Shown here one piece after another: positions 21,284 through 31,249 of a stretch of DNA of 64,000 bases. A program made the position numbers and the translations under genes. The notes below the pieces were generated by a model, which worked only from the letters and a program-made list of their open reading frames with translations, was not told where the DNA came from and searched no databases. This DNA is from Syntrophorhabdaceae bacterium (GTDB lineage: Bacteria; Desulfobacterota; Syntrophorhabdia; Syntrophorhabdales; Syntrophorhabdaceae), in the NCBI GenBank assembly GCA_963665295.1, contig OY762209.1, forward strand, positions 3,872,001 through 3,936,000. The letters run 5' to 3'. Positions within the stretch are counted from its first letter, which is position 1, and each line of letters starts with the position of its first letter.

Positions 21284-21877
21284 TTGATAAGCTCAAAAAT
21301 AGGTCATTCATGTGACCATCTTGTGCTTGGAGTCTATCGTTTTTTGTTCCGGGGGAGGGTGGTTAACCCCAACCTTCTTTCGGTCTTCGGCGCAGGTTGC
21401 GCCTTTATCGCCTTTATCGCCATCTCCTTTGACCGTCTTGTTCTTGGAGGCGTGGCCCTCCTGGTGTCTGCCGCATTTGACCTCATGGATGGCGCTCTGG
21501 CGAGAAACACAGGTCAGGTGACCGCCTTCGGTGGATTCCTTGATTCCGTGCTGGACAGATACTCGGACCTCCTCGTAATGTGCGGCATCTTTATCCATTT
21601 CATGAACAGGGGCGTCCATTTCGATCAGGTCATGACTTTCATTGCATCTATCGGCATTGCGGTAATCCCCTATGCGAGGGCGCGGGCTGAGGCGGCCCGC
21701 CTTGCCTGCAACACGGGTCTCCTCGAAAGGCCCGAAAGACTGCTGATCCTCTTATGCGGTCTTTTTTCGGGTTACCTGGGCTATGCAGTCATTCTTCTTG
21801 CCGTATTTACCCACGTGACGGTGATACAGAGGGTTGTGCACACAAAGAGGGTGACGGATCAGGGGACCGACCGGTAG
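21284..21877 (+). CDS. CDP-alcohol phosphatidyltransferase, probably phosphatidylinositol-phosphate synthase
   Basis: DLMDGALAR..GGFLDSVLDRYSD signature, YARARAE, GLLERPER; adjacent to ino1. Confidence 0.85.
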   Translation: MISSKIGHSCDHLVLGVYRFLFRGRVVNPNLLSVFGAGCAFIAFIAISFDRLVLGGVALLVSAAFDLMDGALARNTGQVTAFGGFLDSVLDRYSDLLVMCGIFIHFMNRGVHFDQVMTFIASIGIAVIPYARARAEAARLACNTGLLERPERLLILLCGLFSGYLGYAVILLAVFTHVTVIQRVVHTKRVTDQGTDR

Positions 21878-21883
21878 GGGACG

Positions 21884-22948
21884 TCAAGCCCTGAGAAGGT
21901 TATATACTTCTTCCTTAAGAACGTCTTTTGCCATCTCCTTGGGTATGCCTGTTTTTACGATCTTTCCCTTGGCGAAAAGGACCGCTTTTGTTTTCCCGAA
22001 GGCCACGCCCAGGTCCGCTTCCTTGGCTTCGCCGGGACCATTGACCTCGCAGCCCATAAGAGCGACGTCCAGGTATTCGCTGATGCCGGCCATTTCCTTT
22101 TCGAATTCTTCCACGATCTCGGCAAGAATCGTCCTGCATCTCCCGCATGTGGGGCAAGAGATGATATTGATGCCCGTTTTCCGGAGCCCCATAGCCCGAA
22201 GGATATGGTAAGCGGCAATGACCTCGTGAATGGGGTTGCCCGTCAGCGAAACGCGGATCGTGTCGCCGATACCTTCATTGAGTAATATGCCTATACCTAT
22301 GGACGACTTGATAGCCCCTGAGAAAACAGGGCCCGCCTCGGTGATGCCTACGTGAAGGGGATAATCGGCGGCCTTGGCGAACTTCTTGTAGGCCTCGATG
22401 CTCTCGAATATATTGGAGGCTTTCAAGGAAACCTTCAGTTCCATCCAGCCCGCATCCTCAAAAAGCTTGGTATAATATAACGCGCTTTCAACCATGGTCT
22501 TGGCGTCCGGCCTGGCCTGGCCGCGGAGCAGCCTTTTCTCAATAGAGCCTATGTTGATACCGATCCTTACAGGGGTTCTGGTTTCCCTGGCAAAGACAGC
22601 TATCTCTTTCACTCTTCGGGCATTGTTAATCGTTCCGGGGTTTATTCTTATCCCGTCTATGCCTGATTCCATAGCCTTCAGGGCAATCTTGTAATTGAAA
22701 TGGACGTCTCCTACGATAGGGACCTCGACTTCTTTCCTTAGAAATGGGATGATCTTGCATGTATCGATCTCCGGCAACGCAATCCTTATAATCTCGCAGC
22801 CCGCCTTCTTCAATTCCATAGCCTGGTTCAATGTGCCCTGAAAATTCTCCGGGTCTGTCTTTAACATGGATTGAACGACCACCGGGTTGCTGCCGCCGAT
22901 GGCAACATTACCGACTTTTATCGTTCTCGTTTTTTTTCGTTTCATCAT
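21884..22948 (-). CDS. ispG: HMBPP synthase (MEP pathway)
   Basis: VVQSM, DVHF, RINPG, PLHVGITEAG, GIGDTIRVSLT, SCPTCGR, MGCEVNGPGEA. Confidence 0.96.
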   Translation of the reverse strand: MMKRKKTRTIKVGNVAIGGSNPVVVQSMLKTDPENFQGTLNQAMELKKAGCEIIRIALPEIDTCKIIPFLRKEVEVPIVGDVHFNYKIALKAMESGIDGIRINPGTINNARRVKEIAVFARETRTPVRIGINIGSIEKRLLRGQARPDAKTMVESALYYTKLFEDAGWMELKVSLKASNIFESIEAYKKFAKAADYPLHVGITEAGPVFSGAIKSSIGIGILLNEGIGDTIRVSLTGNPIHEVIAAYHILRAMGLRKTGINIISCPTCGRCRTILAEIVEEFEKEMAGISEYLDVALMGCEVNGPGEAKEADLGVAFGKTKAVLFAKGKIVKTGIPKEMAKDVLKEEVYNLLRA

Positions 22949-23108
22949 AATTTAAAAGGGCCTCTCAAGATTCGATTGGGAACGGACTATTGCCGGCGAA
23001 TTATTTTCTGAACTAATTCTGCTATAACCTTATACATTCCCGAAAATCTTGTCAATGGCATATGTCACACTGTCGGTTGGTCCCTGCCGGACGAAAGGGC
23101 AGCGCCGT

Positions 23109-25109
23109 TTACACAGAGACACGAATGGGCAGGATGACTGTTGCCACGCCGTTCCATTGCAGCCGACGCTGGATGGAAAAAGCAGTCTCATTGTGGAGGA
23201 TCTTTTGAAACGGGTTTTCGTGGCGAAATACCAATTTTCCCGTGAAAACGGTGGACCTGGGAAATTCCCTCACCACGGATTCGACAAGGTCCGTCACCGT
23301 GTCCACCACGTCCGTGCCTACATTCATCCTGTAGTCGGCAGGGAAGCCGTGTTGTCGCGTTATCTTCACATATTTTTCCAAATCTTTGTTGACGGAAGTC
23401 TTCAATGCCTCAATTTCCGCAATTCCCTTGAATGTGCCCGAATCGATCTCCGCAACGGAAACAAATATGAAGTTGGTGTATACATTAGGGAAAGACCGGA
23501 CAATGGAGAGGAGCGTATGAAGGCCGAACCCGTTAAAGCCGCTCACGAGTAATATGGCCGTCATCTTTTTGGGGTCCACGGAGTCATGGTTAAAAGGCGT
23601 AACAGCCGGTATATCCGAGAGCATATCTGCAAGCTTCGACATGGCCTTGTGGACCTTTTCGTAATGCCTTCGTATGAGATAGCATAAACCTATCACGAAG
23701 GAGGTAATGACAAGGGTCACCCAACCTCCTTCCTCAAATTTCTCGTATACCGTGACTACAAGAATCGTTACACAGACCACGAGCCCCACCAGGTGGATGA
23801 CGATATGTTTCTTCCAATCCTTGTCCCGGTCCTTGTTCTTGACGAAGAACCTCGTCATGCCGAACTGGGAAAGAGAGAAGGTGACAAATACGTTAATCGA
23901 ATACATGACGACAAGGGCATTGATGGAACCGTGTGTATAAAGAAGGAGCATGAACGCCGCAGCCCCCATGAGGAGCACGCCGTCCTGCATGGTCAAACGT
24001 TCGGAGAGGGCTGCAAACCTCCTGGGGAGCCACCGGTCTATGGCCATGTTCGACATGACCCTTGGTCCATCGATGAAGCCCGTCTGGGCAGCCACGACGA
24101 GTAGCGCGCCTTCTGAGAGAATCGTGATAAGGGCCAGTACATTCCCCATGGGCCAATTTCCAAAAACTCCCTCGGAAAGAATCGCATTCAAAGTCCTGCC
24201 TTCTACCGGTTTTATATTGAAGAGGAGGTAGCAGACCAGGAGGCCGCCTGCGGTAATGGCGAGGGATGTGGCCATATAGACCATCGTCCGTTTTCCTGTC
24301 TGTACCTTTGGTTCCCGCATGATCTGCATGCCGTTTGAGACCGCCTCGATTCCCGTATAGGTTCCCGCACCCAGGGAGAAGGCACGAAGGAATATGGCAA
24401 GCATGCCCAGCATGCCGAGGGTGGAAAGACCTTCCTTAAAATCCGCGCTCACGTGGCCGACGAGTGGTTTAATCTGGTTGGCGTGGCTTGTTATGCCATA
24501 ACCGATGAGAACCACATGGGTGATAACAAAAATTGCAAAGATGGGTGCGAGGAGTTTCACTGACTCCTTAACGCCCCGGAGATTGAGCACCACCAGAAGG
24601 ACGATGAGAAACCCCACAAAAGTCAATTTGTAATTTTGATATGAAACGGGAAGGAAACTGAAAATAGCGTCACCGCACGATACAAGCGATACGGTAATGG
24701 TCAGCATGTAATCGACCAGCAAGGCGCAGCCGGAGATTACCCCCGCATTCTTGCTGATAGTGTGGGTCGCCACAATGTAACCCCCTCCACCATGAGGGAA
24801 GTGCTCGATGATCCTGGAGTATGCGTAGGATATGACCAGAACTGTGACGGCAGTCGCCAGGGCGAGAAACACCGCAAGATAGGTGTGCTGCCCGAGGGTC
24901 CTGAAGGCTTCCTCGGGACCATACGAGGAGGACGACAAACCGTCGGCCCCGAGGCCTATCCATGCGAGTATGGGTATGAGGGAGAGTTTATGGAATATTG
25001 AAGGCTCGCTGACATTGCGGGGGGCGCCGATCAGCGTGCGCTTCACTCTCTCTATTACCGTGGGTTCATGCTCTGAGATGTCAGGGTCCATCTGGTCGTT
25101 CTCCTCCAT
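23109..25109 (-). CDS. APC-family permease, KimA/YdaO-like (putative K+ importer)
   Basis: GADGLSSSSYG, FPHGGGGY, LVDYMLT, NLRGVKES, TGIEAVSNG, C-terminal LHNETA. Confidence 0.8.
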   Translation of the reverse strand: MEENDQMDPDISEHEPTVIERVKRTLIGAPRNVSEPSIFHKLSLIPILAWIGLGADGLSSSSYGPEEAFRTLGQHTYLAVFLALATAVTVLVISYAYSRIIEHFPHGGGGYIVATHTISKNAGVISGCALLVDYMLTITVSLVSCGDAIFSFLPVSYQNYKLTFVGFLIVLLVVLNLRGVKESVKLLAPIFAIFVITHVVLIGYGITSHANQIKPLVGHVSADFKEGLSTLGMLGMLAIFLRAFSLGAGTYTGIEAVSNGMQIMREPKVQTGKRTMVYMATSLAITAGGLLVCYLLFNIKPVEGRTLNAILSEGVFGNWPMGNVLALITILSEGALLVVAAQTGFIDGPRVMSNMAIDRWLPRRFAALSERLTMQDGVLLMGAAAFMLLLYTHGSINALVVMYSINVFVTFSLSQFGMTRFFVKNKDRDKDWKKHIVIHLVGLVVCVTILVVTVYEKFEEGGWVTLVITSFVIGLCYLIRRHYEKVHKAMSKLADMLSDIPAVTPFNHDSVDPKKMTAILLVSGFNGFGLHTLLSIVRSFPNVYTNFIFVSVAEIDSGTFKGIAEIEALKTSVNKDLEKYVKITRQHGFPADYRMNVGTDVVDTVTDLVESVVREFPRSTVFTGKLVFRHENPFQKILHNETAFSIQRRLQWNGVATVILPIRVSV

Positions 25110-25244
25110 TCAGGTCGATTCATCTCTGTCGTTGAGAGGGCATCTTGCCGACGTCATTGTCGGCGTTGTTGCGGGTACTCCTTCGCAGAAGATAAAATAA
25201 CGTTAATTTGCCGGAAATTCAACTATTTCTCGTGGCCACGGGGA

Positions 25245-27086
25245 CTACATCTCGACTCTGGTCACTACTCCATGGAGCTTATTGGGCGGAAGATCGTGGA
25301 AGTGTATGAAAGGAGGCGCGATCTTCTTGATCAGGGAGAAAAGCCTCCACATTACGTTGTCTGTGGATATTTCTTCAAGCCCATAGAAGATAGCCTTCTC
25401 CTCTATGCCCGCCTTCCTCATCATCCTCTCTATGTTGACCAACTCCATATATCCCACTTCAATGACAAAGAACCTGAGCCCAGGGGCAGGGCTGTCCTGA
25501 AAAAACCCTTTTGCGCCGAAGGGCTTGTCCAGGGTGTTGATGGACACGATTATGTTATCCTCATATATGATGTTATTCATAAATACCGTATGTACCACAT
25601 AAGGAGGGATTTTCTTTGTGTCCCGGGCAAAGAAGAGTGCCGAACCCTTGATTTTGCTGAGAGAAGCATACATCTGATTGTAACTCTCGAGAAAGACGTT
25701 GAGATCGAGGGGCCTTAAGGAACGTCGCAGCTTCCTCTGTCCCGCGCTGTAGATCAGGATTATGGCGAGAGGGATTGCGGCGATAACGAGAGACCAGTAA
25801 CCGCCATGGGGGATCTTGTATGTGTTTGAGGCAAGGAAGATGACATCGATCACCGTAACGAATACGGCGATGCCCGTCTTCAGCAACTCTTTTCTAAGGT
25901 AGAATATGGCAGTCATGAAAATCCCCGTAAGGGTCATGGTCCCTGTAACCGCCAATCCGTATGCCGCCGCCAGACGGCTCGATTCCTTAAACAGGTATAT
26001 TATGGACAAAACCGCAAGAAGGAGAAACCAGTTCACAAACCCGATGTATATCTGCGATCTCAGTTCCTTCGATGTATACTCCAGTTTGAACATGGGGAGG
26101 AGCCGCGTGTTGATTCCCTGATACACTATGGAAAACATCCCGCTTATCATGGCCTGTGAAGCTATCACCGTGGCTACGATACTGAGAAGGACGAAAGGAA
26201 CATAGAGCACCGGAGACTGCCGGAATACCATGCTGAAGAGGACGTTACGCGTATCGCCGGGGTGAACGAGAAGGAATGCACCCTGGCCGAGGTAGCTGAT
26301 AAGGAGGGCAACAAACACCAGATACCATGCCCTGATAATGGGCGTCCGGCCGAGGTGGCCCATGTCCGCGTACAGGGCCTCACCTCCGGTAGCGCAGAGG
26401 ATTACCTCGGAGAGCACGAAGAAGCCTGCTATACCGTTCGAGCACAGAAACTTGAAGGCGTAGTAGGGATTGACTGATTTCCAGACGTATGGGGCGTTTA
26501 TGATGGAGATAAGACCGGACACGGCAAGGACCGCAAACCAGAGAAGCATGAGGGGCCCGAAAGCCCGGGCGACCTTTTCCGTCCCCTTCTTCTGAAAGGC
26601 AAAGAGGATAAAAGCGATAATGGAAGCGATAGTTATGAGAGCCGTCTGCCCCATACCTTCGAAACACGGAATAAGCACGAGGCCTTCCACGGCGCTCAGG
26701 ATACTGATGGCAGGAGTAATGACTCCGTCCCCGATAAGGAGAGACACCCCGATGAAGGTCAGGATGGTGACAAACACCATATATCTCCCTTTCTTGAGAA
26801 GAGGCAGGACTATGGCTCTCAGCACAAACGTTCCGCCTTCACCCTTCTGGCCAAGGGCCATGGCAAGCCACGCGTATTCCACGGATACAAGAATAGTGAG
26901 AGTCCAGATAACCAAGGAAAGGACGCCCATAACATTTTCCCTCGTCGGCGTGGTGAGAAGAAATATTACCGTCAACGTGTAAATGGGGCTTGTCCCGATA
27001 TCTCCAAACACAAGGCCGAGTGAGCGGATAATGCCTGAGACCGCAGATCCTTTGTTTGCCGTATTCATATTTACATTCATATTCAT
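25245..27086 (-). CDS. kup: KUP/HAK/KT potassium transporter
   Basis: GLVFGDIGTSPIY, GEGG, GDGVITPAISILSAVEG, TGGEALYADMGH, QIYI. Confidence 0.95.
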   Translation of the reverse strand: MNMNVNMNTANKGSAVSGIIRSLGLVFGDIGTSPIYTLTVIFLLTTPTRENVMGVLSLVIWTLTILVSVEYAWLAMALGQKGEGGTFVLRAIVLPLLKKGRYMVFVTILTFIGVSLLIGDGVITPAISILSAVEGLVLIPCFEGMGQTALITIASIIAFILFAFQKKGTEKVARAFGPLMLLWFAVLAVSGLISIINAPYVWKSVNPYYAFKFLCSNGIAGFFVLSEVILCATGGEALYADMGHLGRTPIIRAWYLVFVALLISYLGQGAFLLVHPGDTRNVLFSMVFRQSPVLYVPFVLLSIVATVIASQAMISGMFSIVYQGINTRLLPMFKLEYTSKELRSQIYIGFVNWFLLLAVLSIIYLFKESSRLAAAYGLAVTGTMTLTGIFMTAIFYLRKELLKTGIAVFVTVIDVIFLASNTYKIPHGGYWSLVIAAIPLAIILIYSAGQRKLRRSLRPLDLNVFLESYNQMYASLSKIKGSALFFARDTKKIPPYVVHTVFMNNIIYEDNIIVSINTLDKPFGAKGFFQDSPAPGLRFFVIEVGYMELVNIERMMRKAGIEEKAIFYGLEEISTDNVMWRLFSLIKKIAPPFIHFHDLPPNKLHGVVTRVEM

Positions 27087-27258
27087 AATAGGCGTTCTTC
27101 ATTTTATGTGAACTCAAAGGTAAATTCAATTAATATATATCGTCCCGGGACGTGGGGATGCAAAATTGATGCTCGTGCTGCGGGAAATGCGGGTGTCACC
27201 CGAATAGAACCGATATCTTCCTCCTGGTTCCGCCCTCTTTTTTTCTGCCACCTCCATT

Positions 27259-29050
27259 CCTTAATCCCCCACCAAAAATAATCAAAAACCCCGTTGGCCC
27301 CTACGAATAGGGATGATAGAATGTAGTCACCACACCAAATTCCATCACCAACGAGGTGAATCAATTATGCCACAGGGCCTCCTTCCGTACAAGTATGAAG
27401 AAGAGAAAAGAGAAACAGGCATGACCTCCCTCGCAGGGCTCCCCCTCTACCTCGACCTTGCATCGGCCTTGGGCCTCGCCGGTTCGATCGGTGCTCACAT
27501 GCATATAAAGAGTGAAGGCTGGACAGACACGCAGATAATCCTCACCCTCATTCTTCTGAACCTTGCCGGAGGAGACAGCGTAGACGATGTAACTATCCTT
27601 GAAAAGGATGAGGGGCTGTGCAGAGTCGTGCGGCGAATAGAACAGAAAGGGCTTACCCGCAAGGAACGGAAAGCCCGGGAGCGGCAACGCACGTTCCCTT
27701 CCCCTTCCCCGATATTCCGGTATCTCTCCGCCTTCCATGATGCGCGGGAGGAGAAGAAGAGGGAAAAGGGGAAGGCCTTCATTCCCGCCCCGAACGAGCA
27801 TCTTATGAACCTCATGAAGGTACACCGGGATTTCATCTGCTCCATAGTGAAGTCCGCCTCCCCAAAGGTCGCGACCCTCGATATGGATGCAACCCTGATA
27901 GAGACGTTGAAGAGAAGCGCCCTCTTCAGTTATAAACACCATAAGGCCTATCAACCGTTCAATACCTGGTGGGCGGAACAGGAGTTGATTCTTCATACCG
28001 AGTTCAGGGACGGCAATGTCCCTGCGGGACATGAACAGTTAAGAGTATTCAAGGAAGCCCTCTCAAAGCTTCCTCCCGGTGTAGAGAAGGTCTATCTCCG
28101 TTCCGATACCGCAGGGTATCAACACGACCTCCTGAAGTACTGCGAGAATGGCGAAAATACACGCTTCGGCAGGATCGAGTTTGCCATAGGCGCCGATGTG
28201 ACCTCTGAGTTCAAAAAGGCAGTGGCCCAGGCAGAAGAGTGGAGACCTCTCTATAAAGAAGGAAAGGAGACGGGAAGGGAGTGGACCGAAGTCTGCTACG
28301 TACCCAATGCGGTCGGCCACAGCAAAAAGGATCCGGAATACCGCTACTTCGCTACCCGTGAGCTTTTAAAACAGGATATCCTTCCCGGCATGGAAGGGCA
28401 ACTCTCATTCCCTACGATGATGATGACACAAAAGCGCTACAGGATATTCGGCATCGTCACAAACAGGGATATGGAAGGAGATGAACTGATACGGTGGCAT
28501 TATAAACGGGCAGGGAAATCGGAGGAGGCCCACTCTATCATGAAAGAGGACCTTGCCGGGGGAAGACTCCCAACGGGTAAGTTCGGAGAGAATGCCGCCT
28601 GGTGGTGGATAATGGTCCTCGCCTTTAATATCAATTCGGCATTGAAACGTCTGGTGCTGAAAGGATCATGGGCCACCAGGAGAATGAAGGCGATCCGCTT
28701 TTCCCTCATCAACCTGCCGGGAAGGGTCATGACCCACGCGAGGGAACTTGTGATCCGCATATCGAGAGAACACCCCTCCCTGGAATTATTGTTCGCAGCA
28801 CGGCAACGCATCATGGAGCTTGTACTTTCGGGATAGATGATGAGAAGCGGGGAAGAGACTCTTTGTGGAACGAGACGGCGAAAGGAGGGGTGTGCCCAAA
28901 TCTTACCCGTCAGAGAGGCGTGTGCCATGTCTGGATAGACGAAACGGAACGAAGGGTTCATATTTGATTCCGATTTAAAGGGTGGTGGGGAAAGACGGCT
29001 CGGATGGAGGGCAAAGCAGCGGTAAGGGCGAGAGGGGTGGTGGATTATGG
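27259..29050 (+). mobile_element. IS1380-family insertion sequence, 1792 bp, apparently intact
   Basis: Left end CCTTAATCCCCCACC versus right-end reverse complement CCATAATCCACCACC (13/15 match); CATT duplicated at 27255-58 and 29051-54. Confidence 0.85.
27367..28836 (+). CDS. IS1380-family DDE transposase
   Basis: TLDMDAT, EFRDGNVPA, YLRSDTAGY, YKRAGKSEE..MKEDL, FGENAAW; GAGGTG before ATG 27367. Confidence 0.88.
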   Translation: MPQGLLPYKYEEEKRETGMTSLAGLPLYLDLASALGLAGSIGAHMHIKSEGWTDTQIILTLILLNLAGGDSVDDVTILEKDEGLCRVVRRIEQKGLTRKERKARERQRTFPSPSPIFRYLSAFHDAREEKKREKGKAFIPAPNEHLMNLMKVHRDFICSIVKSASPKVATLDMDATLIETLKRSALFSYKHHKAYQPFNTWWAEQELILHTEFRDGNVPAGHEQLRVFKEALSKLPPGVEKVYLRSDTAGYQHDLLKYCENGENTRFGRIEFAIGADVTSEFKKAVAQAEEWRPLYKEGKETGREWTEVCYVPNAVGHSKKDPEYRYFATRELLKQDILPGMEGQLSFPTMMMTQKRYRIFGIVTNRDMEGDELIRWHYKRAGKSEEAHSIMKEDLAGGRLPTGKFGENAAWWWIMVLAFNINSALKRLVLKGSWATRRMKAIRFSLINLPGRVMTHARELVIRISREHPSLELLFAARQRIMELVLSG

Positions 29051-29099
29051 CATTCTGAAGTATTTGACAAACGTTGCATTTTGATATTCAATTATCCTC

Positions 29100-30014
29100 A
29101 TGTCATCTCTTCCTGAATTCCCTGCTTTCAAAGCCATCGACCTGGAAGACCGCGCCGCGTTTCTCCCCATAATACAAAGGTACCAGCCCGAGAGTTCGGA
29201 GTGGACCTTCACGAACCTTTTCATGTGGCGTGACCACTACAGGTTCCGTTGGTCACTGTACCAAGGCGCGTTGATAGTCCTCGGCAGGGAAAACGGCGGC
29301 GAGACCTTTGCCATGATGCCCCTGGGTCCGCTGCCAAGACGGGAGACGGTACTTATGCTTTTGCGATGGCTCGAAGGAGAAGAAAAAGTCGCGCGACCAC
29401 GCATGGAGCGGGTAGACAAACGCCTTGTCGAGGAACTTCGGGACGAGACCCTCCTGAAGTTTGAGCCTGCGCGGGATCATTTCGACTATGTTTATGCGAG
29501 AGAGGAACTGGCCCTTCTCGCGGGCAATAAATACCGGACAAAGAGAAACCACATAAACAAGTTCAGCAGAACCTACAGGTTCGAATATGCGCCTCTGAAG
29601 GAAGAGCATCTGGATGCCTGTCTGGAACTGCAGTCCACATGGTGCGAGATACGCCGGTGCAAGGAAGACCTCAGTCTTCTCGGCGAATGGGAGGCGATTC
29701 GCGAGATCCTCGCACACTTCACATCCCTTGATCTGCGGGGGGGTGTCGTCACCATTGACGGCAAGGTCGAAGCCTTTACCGTGGGCGAAATGTTGAACAG
29801 CGATACCATGGTGGTTCATATCGAAAAGGCGAATCCGGGGCTTTCCGAACTCTATACCGTGATAAACCAACAGTTCGCGGAGGCGTGCGGAAAAGATGCA
29901 GTCTATTTCAACCGGGAGCAGGATCTCGGTATACCAGGCCTCAGAGAAGCCAAGCTGTCTTATCATCCCCACCACATGGTGGAGAAATTCACGGTTACCC
30001 TGGCCGGTCTCTGA
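29100..30014 (+). CDS. DUF2156 protein (aminoacyl-tRNA-dependent transferase-like domain)
   Basis: WTFTNLFMW, DYVY, KRNHINKF, VHIEKAN, NREQDLGIPGLREAKLSYHP. Confidence 0.85.
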   Translation: MSSLPEFPAFKAIDLEDRAAFLPIIQRYQPESSEWTFTNLFMWRDHYRFRWSLYQGALIVLGRENGGETFAMMPLGPLPRRETVLMLLRWLEGEEKVARPRMERVDKRLVEELRDETLLKFEPARDHFDYVYAREELALLAGNKYRTKRNHINKFSRTYRFEYAPLKEEHLDACLELQSTWCEIRRCKEDLSLLGEWEAIREILAHFTSLDLRGGVVTIDGKVEAFTVGEMLNSDTMVVHIEKANPGLSELYTVINQQFAEACGKDAVYFNREQDLGIPGLREAKLSYHPHHMVEKFTVTLAGL

Positions 30015-30020
30015 CCGGAT

Positions 30021-31046
30021 TTATATCTTCAAGACTTTGGCTCCCCTTATTTTACTTTCCTTCAATTCCAGGAGGGCCCTATTTGCCTCCTCAAGAGCAA
30101 ATTCCTGAACCTCGGGTCTTATCGGTATCTCGGCCGCCAATTGCAGGAATTCCCGGACGTCCCGCCTTGCCACGTTGGCCACGCTCTTGATTTCTTTCTC
30201 AAGCCAAAGATGTTCCGGGTAGTCGAGGGCAAGAAGAGAACTCTTGTCTTTTCCCTCCTTCCTAATCGCATTTATCACCAGTCTGCCACCCTTGCGAAGG
30301 TTTCTCAGCGACTCGACCACGGGCATCCATGCGGGCGTGGTATCTATTATGGCGTGGAGTCTTTGGGGCGAGGGTTCTTCGATCGACCCGGCCCAAAATG
30401 CCCCCAGTTCCATGGCAAAGGTTCTTTCGGTTACGCTTCTTGCGAAAACAAAGACCCGGGAATTCGGGTATTTGTAACGGGCCATTTGAATCACGAGATG
30501 GGCGGAAGCGCCGAACCCCGTGAGACCCAGGTTATCGCCATCCCTTATGCCTGTCAACCTTAAGGACCGGTAGCCGATTGTCCCGGCGCAAAGGAGTGGC
30601 GCGGCTTCCACATCGGAGAAGGCCTCGGGGACAGGGAAAGCAAAATCCTGCGGTACGGTGCAGTATTCCGCATAACCGCCGTGAGCGTCCCGCCCGGTGG
30701 CTCTGAACTCGTCGCAAAGGTTATCGTCGCCCGCAAGGCAGTATTCACAATGCCCACACGACGAATGAATCCATGCGATGCCCACGCGGTCACCAGGTTC
30801 AAACCGGGTGACCGCGCGTCCCACCTTTTCGACTCTGCCTACCACCTGATGTCCGAGGATCATGGGAAGCCATGCAGGGGCCGTCCTTCCTTCTATTTCG
30901 TCCAGTTCCGTATGGCATACCCCGCAGGCCAGAACTTTGACAAGGATTTCATCTTCTTTTTCAACAGGGCAGGGCATATCCAGCGCCTCCAGCACATCGC
31001 TCTCCCCGTCGACTCTGCCGATCTTTTTCAACACCATCGCTCTCAT
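30021..31046 (-). CDS. Zinc-dependent alcohol dehydrogenase family protein
   Basis: CGVCHTELD, GHQVVG, CGHCEYC..C, APLLCAG, GFGASAH; ATG 31046 after GGGAGG. Confidence 0.92.
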   Translation of the reverse strand: MRAMVLKKIGRVDGESDVLEALDMPCPVEKEDEILVKVLACGVCHTELDEIEGRTAPAWLPMILGHQVVGRVEKVGRAVTRFEPGDRVGIAWIHSSCGHCEYCLAGDDNLCDEFRATGRDAHGGYAEYCTVPQDFAFPVPEAFSDVEAAPLLCAGTIGYRSLRLTGIRDGDNLGLTGFGASAHLVIQMARYKYPNSRVFVFARSVTERTFAMELGAFWAGSIEEPSPQRLHAIIDTTPAWMPVVESLRNLRKGGRLVINAIRKEGKDKSSLLALDYPEHLWLEKEIKSVANVARRDVREFLQLAAEIPIRPEVQEFALEEANRALLELKESKIRGAKVLKI

Positions 31047-31113
31047 GCTGCACGGCCTCCCGGTGTATTGTTTTTCCTGCAATCCATCCCGGCTTTCGTC
31101 ATGGAAATATTTG

Positions 31114-31143
31114 TTGACAAACCGTTCCTTGAGAATTTACTAT
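31114..31143 (+). promoter_or_regulatory. Sigma70-like promoter for purH-purD-leuB
   Basis: TTGACA-18 nt-TACTAT. Confidence 0.45.
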
Positions 31144-31249
31144 AACTCTTGTTCGCGAGATTGTCCATAACGGCTGTCGGGCAAAGGCATCTCATGTTTA
31201 TCTTGTTTCCTGTAATTCCAAAGACTTAGCCATTAAGAAGGAGGGACAT

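Noticed and set aside
27063..27086. ATTCAT-like microrepeat giving MNMNVNMN at the kup start
   Set aside because: Short and degenerate; only makes the start codon ambiguous
27087..27258. Possible c-di-AMP (ydaO) riboswitch upstream of kup
   Set aside because: Conserved riboswitch sequence elements were not recognisable by eye
27104..27364. 86-aa minus-strand ORF
   Set aside because: It crosses the IS left end, so it is a chimeric frame
31144..31249. Possible ZMP/ZTP or purine riboswitch in the purH leader
   Set aside because: Only a weak stem is present; diagnostic conserved motifs are not visible
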